Shown here one piece after another: positions 1 to 11,000 of a DNA stretch of 64,000 nt. The notes beneath the pieces were generated by a model. That model worked only from the letters and a program-made list of their open reading frames with translations, was not told where the DNA came from and did not search any database. The stretch is from IMG/VR virus record IMGVR_UViG_3300045988_080614; one strand, written 5' to 3'. Positions within the stretch are counted from its first letter, which is position 1; every line of letters begins with the position of its first letter. The DNA comes from a virus. A program made the translations under genes and the position numbers.

Positions 1-1026
1 CCTGTAGTAACTACTATTAATGGTAGTGAAATTAAAGCTTATGTAGAAGAAGTTAAATCTACTAATAATTCTACAAAGAAGATTACTACTTTCTATTCCC
101 CTTATATGGTATTTCCTAATGGTGAAGTTACTTATATGAATGGTAGAAGAGAATTACTTACTGATAAACAATTAGAAGAAAGTAAAAAGACTTGGACTAG
201 TACTATTCAAGCTAATAAAGCTGCATTTATTCAAGCAGGTTTAGTTAATGCTAAACCTCAAGAAGAAACTAAGCCAGAAGCTAAATCAGAAGTTAAAATT
301 AATTATGATACTAATAATGTATTTATAGGTGGTGAATTTGGTACTGGTACTATTAATATTACTAAGGATTGGATAGGTGTTAGTGAAGACCCTAGAGTTT
401 GGAGTAAAGATAAAACAGTTCCTGTATTTAGTGAAGTTAAGATGAAAGATGGTAGTATAGTAACTATTATATCTTATAGAAATGCAGAGAAGTTTGGTAA
501 TAATAGAGGTACTAATGGTATTATTATTAATATAAAAGGTACTCTTACAGATTCAAGTAAAGAATATATAAAGAATACTTTAATTAATACTGATTTTAGT
601 AACAGTAAAGATGAATTAACTAAACAAGTATTAGATATATTAAATGATTCTAATACTAAAACTGTAACTTCAGTCACTACTCCTATTAATATTGTAGATA
701 ATACTAAGTCTAATGTTACTCCTACAGGACCACAGAGTACTGAGGAAGATTTATTAAAAGCAATGAGTTTACTCAATACTTATAATAAGGAAGCTCCTGA
801 TGGTACATTGGGTAAAGAAGAAATAAAGCCTAGAACAGATGTAGAAGAACAAACTGGTAGAAATGCAGATGGTAATATTGTAGTAGACAATCCTGAAGCT
901 TTAAAGAAGTGGAATGAATTAAGTAATGATACTAGAGAATTACTTGCACTTATGAATATGAATGAAACAGATTGGAATAATATGTTACCAAAGCAAAGAG
1001 AATCAGAACTTAATTGTTTAAGCTAA
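1..1026 (+). CDS. hypothetical virion-module protein (5' end outside window)
   Basis: The frame of ORF 106..1026 stays open back to nt 1, so the gene begins upstream. It is the last + strand gene before a convergent terminator. No catalytic motif recognised. Confidence 0.6.
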   Translation, partial: PVVTTINGSEIKAYVEEVKSTNNSTKKITTFYSPYMVFPNGEVTYMNGRRELLTDKQLEESKKTWTSTIQANKAAFIQAGLVNAKPQEETKPEAKSEVKINYDTNNVFIGGEFGTGTINITKDWIGVSEDPRVWSKDKTVPVFSEVKMKDGSIVTIISYRNAEKFGNNRGTNGIIINIKGTLTDSSKEYIKNTLINTDFSNSKDELTKQVLDILNDSNTKTVTSVTTPINIVDNTKSNVTPTGPQSTEEDLLKAMSLLNTYNKEAPDGTLGKEEIKPRTDVEEQTGRNADGNIVVDNPEALKKWNELSNDTRELLALMNMNETDWNNMLPKQRESELNCLS

Positions 1027-1068
1027 AATAAAAAAGGGAGAAGGTATAAACCTCCTCCCTTATTTTTT
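1027..1068. terminator. bidirectional intrinsic terminator between convergent genes
   Basis: Stem-loop GGGAGAAGG(1036-1044)-tataaa-CCTCCTCCC(1051-1059) with one mismatch, A-run on the left and T-run on the right. Lies between the stops at 1026 (+) and 1067 (-). Confidence 0.7.
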
Positions 1069-4000
1069 ATTTATACCATCTTGCTGGTTCATCTGGATTT
1101 AATGAATTAACAATCTGTTTTCTAAATGGTAATAAATCTAAACCAATCTTTTCTGCTTCTGTATATCCTTTATAGATACCACTATTAACAGTAGTTGTAT
1201 ATACAGATGGGTCAATTAAATTTAATACTTTTCTTAATTTATTTATATATGATATTGATGCAAATGGAGAACTAAAGAACTTCAATCCTTCATCAATCAT
1301 TGAAGGACTAGGTAATAATACACCCATATCAGTTCTTAATCTAAGTAAAGCATAACTTGACATTCTTGCAAACCAAGGTTTATGTTTACCATCATCACCT
1401 CCTGCTACACCTAATGCAGCAATAATAGCATATAATGACCAATAGAAACCTAATTCAGTAAGACCTTTCTTTATATTACCTTTCTCAGTATCAGATAAGT
1501 GTTTCCATTGCCTGATAATATCAAACTCTGATTGTTTAAGGTCTTTCATAGATTGATATATAAATCTACCCATAGTCATATAATAACCTTCAGTATAATC
1601 TTGTAAATCATAATTATATTTACCTCTACCAAATCTATTAAGATATAAAGGTCTCATCCAGTTTCTATAGAACATTATAAGTCTTCCTGCTGCTCTTTGT
1701 TGTAAAGCATTTTTATCTTCATCATTATAGATACCATAATTCATATTCTGAACTGCTCTATTTTGATTACTGAATTTAATAATATCTGCTCTGGTAAAAT
1801 CACTACCATCCATCTTGGTAATACCGGGTTTTATCTGTAACTTAGCACCTAATTTAGGTTTATCTTTATTAATAGGAACTACTTCCAAAGCATCCCATAA
1901 ATCAATAGAATTACCATTTTTATCCTTTAATTTATATCTTAATGCTAAAGCAATAGCAGCTCTATGTTGTACAAAATGGTCTCCTGCACTGGTAGTAAAC
2001 CAAAGAGCATTACTATTAAATAATCTTGAAGCCCAAGTCTTTCTATTCCATTGTACATCTCTTACACTTGACTTATAATTCTGAGGAACATTAAATAATT
2101 CACTGAATAAAGCTAGTTTATTAGTCTTTATTCTATTACCAAATTCTCCTAAGAATGCAGGTAATTCTTTAGCATATATAGCCTCTGCTTTAACTAACTC
2201 TGAATGATTAAAGAATCTACCACTAGTAGCTTCAATTCTATCAATAGTTAAGTTCTGTAATAAGTTAGCAGTACCAGTAAGAACACTTAAAGCTGTAGTA
2301 CCTAATGATGTCATTCTATTCAAGAAATCTGCACCTTTAGCTACATCTACTTTACCTAAAGAACCTTCATCTTTATGAGTAATACCATAGACTTGCATTT
2401 CCATAAATGTATTTAATTTCTGCATAAAATATGTAGAATCTCCTTTCTTAGTAAGTACATTATGTATCTGTCTTCCTAACACATTAAAATGTTCAGTCTT
2501 AGTTTTATTACCTTCTGTCTGATTAATTCTTCTTTCTGCTAATACAAGTCTTCCTACTTCAAGAGTATCAATAACTTCATTCATTCTATTAAAGTCATTT
2601 ACCATAGCCATATAAGCTATCATAGATGATGTAGTATCAAGAGATAAGTCATTCATATCCTGTAAATCCTTAGTATAATATACTGGTAATCTCATTACCT
2701 GATTACCTTCAAAGTCCATTACTACAGATTTATCAAGATACTCAACATCATCTTCTCTTCTTACAAGAGAATCCTTCATATTCTCCCAGAAGTATTTACC
2801 TTGACTAGATAAAGAAGAACCAGTAAATCTCTGTAAGAAATCTCTTCTTATCTGAGGAGCTTTACCTACAGATACACTGGAAGAATTAGGTAATACACCA
2901 TCAAGTTTAGACTTTAATTCCATCATATAACTATGATATTCTTTCTGAGCTTCTGTAAGTTTATTCCAAGCAGGATTAGCATACTTTTCTATAAGAGGTC
3001 TTCTATTACCAAATTTATCTTTATAAGTGTTATTCTTATACCACTCATTTATTTCATTATCTCTTGCAATCTTTTCAAATCCTTCAGGATTATCCCCATA
3101 TTTCTCTTTTAATTTTTTAAAGAATATATTCTTAGCATTCTTATATTTACTCCACCAAATCTTTTGTACAAAATAACCTGTAAGATTACCATCTTCATCT
3201 CTTTCATACATAAATGAAGTATCAGTTACTCCTCTGTCTTCAAGTTCTTTAGCTTTAGCTTGAATTTCTTTAGCCATTTCAATAGTATCAAGTCTAGCTT
3301 CCCCTTTCTGTTTCTTTACAACTTGGTCATAAATCTGTAACATAGGGTCAGAAGAATCTGCCATTGAATCTAACCATCTATCAGCTAAAGTAATATCTCT
3401 ATCCATAGAAGTTACTAATTCTTCTGCTGTATAAGTTTTCTTATATCTATCTCTACCAATAGTTATAGCTAAACCATCCCCAACAAATGGTCTTATAAAT
3501 TCAGTAAACTTATCTTTGGCTATCTCATAGAAATCTGATGATAAATCCTTTATTATAATATCATTCTGATTAAGAATATCCTTAATATTTTCTTTAATAC
3601 TATCATCTCCTTCTCTAGAAGCTTCATTCATCTGTTTTCTGATGTCATTCATAATAACACCATAAGAATTAAGATAGTTTCTTACATTTCTAAGAGCCTT
3701 GAATTCCTCAGTTTTTGATAATTCACCACTACCAATTTTAGCCATTCTCTTTTCAAGATTACCAAGAACTTTAAGACTATTGTCCATATATTCAAGAATA
3801 CCTTGTATCTCCTGATGATTCTGTAAATCAGCTTGTAATTTATTAATAAATACTTGCTGAGCAGCACTAAAATCTTCTTTATCACCATATACTTTTAATC
3901 TCTTTAACTCCTGCTCAAGAATCTTTTCAAGTATCTTAGCTGACTTACTTACATTACTAGTAAGATTATATAACTTAGTGTTATGAGCTTTAGTGCTGAT

Positions 4001-5002
4001 ATTCATAGTATATCTGTTATTTACTATATCATTAGCTAAATTATATACTTGAACTTTAACTTCATTAATTATTTTATCAATATCATCAGTATTCTTATCT
4101 TTGAATTTATCTTTTACCTGATTAAGATACCTATCAAATAATCTCTTATTAGGATTAAATACCTCCTTATCATTAAGTACATCAGCCATAATCTTACCTA
4201 ATGCTTCTATAGCCATTAAGTCAAGATTATTATTGTACTTATTCATATAGTTCTGATATTCATCACCAAATATTCTTTCAAGTATATTCTCATCACTAAG
4301 TACATTAGTCATTCTTTCCTTTAATGGAGTATCTACTGCTTCTATAGCAAAGTGGGCAAACTCTTCTGGTAATACATCTTGACCTCTTTGTCCCTTAGCT
4401 ACTCTAATTAAAGTTTTTAAGCCATTAGCAGTAGTTATTGCACAATCAAAATCTGTTATACCATTAATTCCTTGCCTTTCTTCAAGTTCACTTAATGCAC
4501 CGACTCCTATACCCCAGTCAGATAATAGCTGCTCTAATCTTCTATTCAACTTACTATTGAATTCAATCTTATGAGCTATATCTTCTTTATTTTCTCTTAT
4601 AGGTTTTATAGAAAGTTTTACTTTATCATCTACATTAGTTATTGTTGCAAAGAACTTACTTCTATAAGGACTATTTCTATTAAATGATACAGCTTGTTCC
4701 TCTAGATTCATTACATTAGTATAATTTCTAGCTACAGGACTATTATGCTGATTCAAATTTTTTAGCTGGCTAAGTTCATCTTTAAGACCATCCAAGCCAA
4801 CTTTATACATCAGGTCTTCCATTAAAGGATTACCTTCATTATCATATCTAACATTTGGAAATGCTTTACTAAACTCTGGAGATTTAACTCTCTGCCAGTA
4901 ATATAATGCTTGTTTAGTATTTCCAAAATAACTTTTTAATTGTGTAAATAAAGAGGGGATATTCCCCTCTTTATTTGTTGGTATAAATGTACATTTACTC
5001 AT
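1067..5002 (-). CDS. large (1311 aa) virion-associated protein of unknown function, downstream of the virion RNAP gene
   Basis: Uninterrupted 3.9-kb ORF in an AT-rich genome; its ATG lies 1 nt after the RNAP stop. Giant ORFs next to the RNAP gene are typical of crAss-like phages. Function cannot be read from the sequence. Confidence 0.6.
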   Translation of the reverse strand: MSKCTFIPTNKEGNIPSLFTQLKSYFGNTKQALYYWQRVKSPEFSKAFPNVRYDNEGNPLMEDLMYKVGLDGLKDELSQLKNLNQHNSPVARNYTNVMNLEEQAVSFNRNSPYRSKFFATITNVDDKVKLSIKPIRENKEDIAHKIEFNSKLNRRLEQLLSDWGIGVGALSELEERQGINGITDFDCAITTANGLKTLIRVAKGQRGQDVLPEEFAHFAIEAVDTPLKERMTNVLSDENILERIFGDEYQNYMNKYNNNLDLMAIEALGKIMADVLNDKEVFNPNKRLFDRYLNQVKDKFKDKNTDDIDKIINEVKVQVYNLANDIVNNRYTMNISTKAHNTKLYNLTSNVSKSAKILEKILEQELKRLKVYGDKEDFSAAQQVFINKLQADLQNHQEIQGILEYMDNSLKVLGNLEKRMAKIGSGELSKTEEFKALRNVRNYLNSYGVIMNDIRKQMNEASREGDDSIKENIKDILNQNDIIIKDLSSDFYEIAKDKFTEFIRPFVGDGLAITIGRDRYKKTYTAEELVTSMDRDITLADRWLDSMADSSDPMLQIYDQVVKKQKGEARLDTIEMAKEIQAKAKELEDRGVTDTSFMYERDEDGNLTGYFVQKIWWSKYKNAKNIFFKKLKEKYGDNPEGFEKIARDNEINEWYKNNTYKDKFGNRRPLIEKYANPAWNKLTEAQKEYHSYMMELKSKLDGVLPNSSSVSVGKAPQIRRDFLQRFTGSSLSSQGKYFWENMKDSLVRREDDVEYLDKSVVMDFEGNQVMRLPVYYTKDLQDMNDLSLDTTSSMIAYMAMVNDFNRMNEVIDTLEVGRLVLAERRINQTEGNKTKTEHFNVLGRQIHNVLTKKGDSTYFMQKLNTFMEMQVYGITHKDEGSLGKVDVAKGADFLNRMTSLGTTALSVLTGTANLLQNLTIDRIEATSGRFFNHSELVKAEAIYAKELPAFLGEFGNRIKTNKLALFSELFNVPQNYKSSVRDVQWNRKTWASRLFNSNALWFTTSAGDHFVQHRAAIALALRYKLKDKNGNSIDLWDALEVVPINKDKPKLGAKLQIKPGITKMDGSDFTRADIIKFSNQNRAVQNMNYGIYNDEDKNALQQRAAGRLIMFYRNWMRPLYLNRFGRGKYNYDLQDYTEGYYMTMGRFIYQSMKDLKQSEFDIIRQWKHLSDTEKGNIKKGLTELGFYWSLYAIIAALGVAGGDDGKHKPWFARMSSYALLRLRTDMGVLLPSPSMIDEGLKFFSSPFASISYINKLRKVLNLIDPSVYTTTVNSGIYKGYTEAEKIGLDLLPFRKQIVNSLNPDEPARWYK

Positions 5003-5003
5003 A

Positions 5004-8000
5004 TTAAAATCTTGCTATTACATTATCACAGAATTTATTTCCTTGTTCATCCTCTGTTATAGGAGGAAGACTTTCTAGTTTATCAATAGGTTGTGATGCA
5101 GTATAACCATTTTCAGCAGCTTTCTGTTTAATTGCAGCAAGTAAACTTGCTTGTGCAGATTGCTGTTGTTCCATAACAAAATTAGCCATATCTTGATTAT
5201 CTGTAATATCTGTATTATCAACATAATCATTAAGATTAGCTTTATATGCTTGTGGTTTAGGTACTACTGATTCCATATCTTCACTAGCATTACTATCATA
5301 CTCTACATATTGATTCTTTACTCCTAAAGGTTGTACTCTTTGATATGAAGCTATTAAACTATTAGGAGCATTTACTCTTTCAAAGTATAAGTCAGCCCCC
5401 TTATAATTAATATGAACATAAGGTAAATATTCAGGAGTACTTTTATCATCAAATGGTTTAGCAATTTTTTTATCATCCATAGATGAATTGAAATCAACTT
5501 TAACATCAAAATTTTCTGTTTCAAGATTAACTTCACTTACATAAGATGCCCCAGTAATATCTGGTACTAATGTTCTATCATCTAAATGATTTCTAAAATA
5601 TTGACCTATAAAAGTAGTTATATCAGCTTTCTCAAAGTACATATCTTCAAGAGTTTCTATATAATTACCAGTATTCATCTTCACTGCTACAGGAGCCAAA
5701 TGACTAAATCCATTAGGACTGAAACCTAATCCTTTATAATTACAGTAAAGAAATAGCTTAATAGCCATATCCTTACATTCATCATTAATGTTCATAAGTG
5801 TTTCCCAACTTCTAACATAGTCTTGTTTCTGTATATCAGTGATTCTACCTACATTGCTGAAAGTAAGAGATGGTGCTGGATTATACTTAGTAAACTTATT
5901 ATACTTTACTCTATTTATAATAGGTAACTGAGATAACTCTGGGTGAGCCTTCTTGAAAGCATCAAACTCAGCAGGGAATTTAGTAATATAATATTCTCTT
6001 TCAGATATAGGATTACCATCCTCATCCTTATAGTTATATTCACTAGTTTCTGCTAACATATAACTAATAAAATCATTATATATACTATTTCTCTGCTTTT
6101 CATTTAAATTACCATATCTAGTCATATCTTTTATAGTACTTATAATACTGGTATAAGTATTATTATAGTATGGAAAATACTTATTGAATAACTTCTTAGT
6201 AGATTCTACACCATAAGTAAAGAATGCCTGCAATATAGGTAATGGACTATTAATAACACCTTCTTCTGATAAATTAAATGAGAGTAATGATGTTCCTGTA
6301 AGAGAGTAATTAGCATCTTTCATAGGAGCTTCCAATACTTTTTCAACTTTTTCAATATTAATTATATCTGAAGAGATATAAGGTCCTGCTCCACCATTTT
6401 GAGTATCAGCTCTAGTAGCATTAGTAAATTCATTCAAATCACCTGCTAATTTATTGAGTCTTGCAAACATAAAGCCTACTTTTAATTGATTAGCATAGAA
6501 TTCATGACCTTCACTAGTATTAGCAGTATCTGCATCTTTTCTTGCTATAATATTACTTGCTAAGTCTTCATCTTTAAAATTATAATTTTCTATTTTAGTA
6601 TAGTAACTATTAACATTTGTGCCATTATTATAATTTTTATACTTATTAATAACATTAATAATGGCTTCTGCTAATGATACTCTATTATTCTGTACTTCTT
6701 TTACTATATCTCTTACAATAGGTTGATTAATTATAAGTGACATAGTATTAATTCCTACACCCATTCTTAATAATGCAAATGCACTAGAAGCAGTAATTTC
6801 ATTGAAGTTCATATCACCTGCAATAGGGTCTTTTGCATTATCTACAAAGGCTGCCAAGAAACTAGCAATATTTCTGGTAATAAATTCACCATCTACATTC
6901 TTAATATCATGTAAAGAATTATATTTATGACCATTAAATGTCAACTGATATTCTTCTTTAATACCAAGTTTAGTCTGCTGCATTAATGCATGAGAAGCAT
7001 TATTAGTAGCAGCCATAGGAATAAGTGATGCACCAGACATATTTCTTTGATGAAGAGTAACCCAAGTAGTAGGTACTAATGGATTAAGTTTTTCCTTATA
7101 TTTATCTGCTAAATCATCAAGTTCATCAAGACTAAGTTTCTCAAGTCCTTTTAAACCCCCTAATTTAGTAAGAGTTTCTTTATCAACATTATATAAGATA
7201 GTATTAATTCTAGCAGCTTTCTTTGGTTTATCAAAACCACCAGGTTCTAGAATACTCTTAGCAGTATCTTTATGTGATAATACACTCCACATAAGGTCAA
7301 TCATCAAAGAATCTCTTTGTTTCTTACTATTAGCCTTTGCATTATTATAAATACTTAACTTGTCATTTCCTTCTATTTTATCAAAGTCATAGTCATATGT
7401 ACTAAAAGAACTATTTATTAAGTACTTGGATTTGTTTTTATTAAACCATTCAGAGAATCTTGCTTGAGCAGTTTCAGATAGATTATATCTTTTGACATTA
7501 CTAGATTTTAACCATCCTTTAAACTCTTCGGTAATGCTTTCCATTTCCCAAAGTTCAAGATTTTCATCTTTATAATATCTATTAATATAATCCTGTAAAC
7601 CTTCTCCAAAATTTCTATCAATTTCTTCAAGAATATCCTTACTTGATTCTAATTGATAAAAATCATCCCAAGCTTTCTTAATGTTATAGTTATTTTTAGT
7701 AAACAAACTATGAAACATTACATAAACTTTATCAACATCATAATCAGAACCTGCTAAAGAAGTAATTTCTTTAGGTAGTATAATTACACTACCTACTTGT
7801 CTAGGTAAGAATCCCTTTATTCTAATATGTTGCATAGAATATTTATCCTCAGTAGGAACTCTATAACCTATTACTTCTCTATACTTTTCTGGTACTATAT
7901 AATTACCTTTACTATCTTTCTTGTTAATATCAAGTTCATGAGTATTAGGGTCTAGCAAAGCATTATACAATTCTTCTGTTGGACAAGGAAGATAAGCTTC

Positions 8001-11000
8001 AAAATATTTAATAGAACCATCTTCATTATAAACAATTTGAGGCTGTTTACTTTCATCAAGACCAAAAGGAGAAGCTTGAATTAATGCTCCACCATTAATC
8101 TTCTGCTTAGTAACCCTATTTTTCAATATACTATTAAGTAATGCCTGTATTCTTAAAGTCTGTGAAGGGTCTATAAGAGGAATATTAAAGTTACCATTCT
8201 CATCAAGAGTCAATGCTCTAATTAAGTCTGTTCCATATCTAGGATTACTTCTTACTTCTCTTATAAGTTCTTTCTCAACCTCATGAATATCATTAAACTT
8301 ATCAGATACTTCCTTAAAAGCTTCTTGAATATTAGCAGTATTGATAGCATTAAAATAATTCATCCATTCTTCCTGTGTAAATTCCCTATCTTTATACTTT
8401 AATTTAAAGTTAGGGTCTCTATTAGGATTCATGTCAGAACTAATCAATCTTCTAATCTGAGTACCTACAAGTTGAACCTTGTCAATACCATGTTCAGGAG
8501 TAGATGTCTGAATACCATAATCATTGTAATCAAATTCATGTACTACATTTGGATTTTCTTTACCATTAAGCCTGGTTACATTTTCCAGGACAGTCATAGT
8601 AGAAGCATAATTTGTAGCATCATTAAGATTAATTGTACCTTGTAAGCCATCCTTTACAGCACTTTCAAACATAGCAGAATCTATATTATTCTTTACCATA
8701 AAGTCATTGAGAGCTTGCAATTTACTTGAATGAAGTATTTGTCCAAACATTGCTCCTGTAAGGAGAAGGAACTCTGAATTCTTATGTTGAGTTGGAACTT
8801 TCATAATTCCACCCATTCCATCAGGTTGATTCTTCTGAGTATAAAGATATGGTTTTCTTGTATTCCAAAGTACTAAGAAATCACTTGCAGTCCACTTATT
8901 ATTCATAATATTATTGTAGGCTGTTTCTTCTGCATCAGACCACATACCTGCCATAATTTGAGTAGACCTAAATGATGGTAATGTATTATAAGCTTGTGCA
9001 TCTGCTACATTGACTTTATTAAATATAGACATAATAGCAGCTTTATCATAAGCAGTAAAGGCATCATCTTTATCTTTAACTCTAGCTTCAAGTATTTCAT
9101 TAATACTATCCATACTATTAGCAGGAAGAATGTTATCCTTTAGATAAATAACTCTTCTAGCAGTTCTTCTACTTCCATCATTATTTACTAATACTGGTTT
9201 ACCATTCCAAGTAGCAAGAGTATTAAGTCTTTCTGCTGGTGCATGGTCTTGCTTATTTCTCTTTTGGAAGTCCTCAAGATTTTTATAATAAGCTAAATCA
9301 GTAGTTGTAAGTTCAATGAACTGAGAAGTAAAATAAGTACTATTCCAGAACCACTCTCTCATTCTATCATTCATTCCTTCCTCAGAATAAACATTTACAT
9401 GTTTAAATCTAGCATTCTTCTCTGTACCAATTCTATCATAAAGACCAATATCCTTATAGTGTTGAATAGCCTCTTTAAATCTACTATCCATTATAGATTT
9501 AATAGTATTTTTAATTAAGTTATCAACTTCATCCATAGATATCTGTTTAGCTTCATCTATAGCTTGAAGGAATGTCTTACCACTTTCATCTTTCTGATTT
9601 AATTCAGGGAAGAACTTAAATTCTGCACCTCCCATCTTTTTACCATTCATATCAAAGTTAGCAATAGGGTCTATATGATTATCTGTAGTAGCTCTTTCTT
9701 TAACAAGATTGATTCTATCAATCTCCTGATATACTAAATCTTTAAACTTATCAAGTAATTTCTCTTCATATCCTTTTTTATATCTCTTGAATTTAATAAA
9801 CTCAGCAGATTGTGCATCAGATAACATAGGTACTTGATAATAACCATAAGTTTCACTTCCACTTCTATCTGCTGCACCAGTCATATACATATTATATAAG
9901 GCTAATGTAGCATCTAAATCTGTCCAAGCATTATATTCTTTTCTATTATATTGAAGGAGTACTACATGCTTTAAATTACTTCTTACTTCTGCATTATTTT
10001 CAATTTCTTCTAATATACTATTTCTCCATTTACCATTCTTATTAAACCAATTACATACTCTATAATCATCAAGTACCTGTTTATAAGTATCTTCTCTCTG
10101 TAACTTCTTAATAAGAGTTGTTACATAAGAAGGATTAATATGAGCATACATAGTTTTATCACCTTGTCTTACACTAGATTCAATAGTATCTTCATCTACT
10201 TTATTGATTACCTCTGCAATATTATTAAAGGCAGTACCATGAATATTAAGTAAGTCTATATATTCACCATCTTTAACTTTCTCATTACCTTTATTTAAGT
10301 CATAATAAATAGTTCTTAAATTACTTAATAAGACATTAACTGCTGGCTTGAAAGCTTTATTATCTAAGTTAAACTTTAATGCATTTTCAAGTGTTTCTGA
10401 ATCTACACTAGCACCTAACATATTCATAGCTTTCTTAATTCTTGCTATATTCTCATTAGTAAGATTTTCAGCAATAGTTTCTCTGTCTTCAAATATATCA
10501 AGTAATTCATTAACTAAATCAAGACCTACTTTAGCATTCTTTAATTGAATGTCTCCATTCTTATCATAAATACTATCAGTAGTAAGAACATTACCATATT
10601 CATAGTTATCTCTCCATTCATCAAAATAATGTGAAGTACCCTCTGCACCATTAATAGACATTACTTTAGTACTTGTAGAGGTATCACTATTAGTACTTAC
10701 CTTCTGAATAAAGTAATTAACATAATCCTTTCTATATGCTCTATAAAACTCAGTAAACAGTTGATTATCATTATTTAATTCATTAATAATCTGTTTTACC
10801 CAAACCTTCTTTTTACTAAGTTGTTCAAGCATAGGAATCATATCTTCAGCACTAACCATATTTCTAAGAGCCTGTATTAATTCTGAATGTACATAACCTG
10901 CATTAAGATAGATATTATCTCCTAAATCATCTCTATCAACATTGCCTGTAGAATCATATCTTACCATATTACCTATGGCTTGTCTAACTCTAGCAGTAAG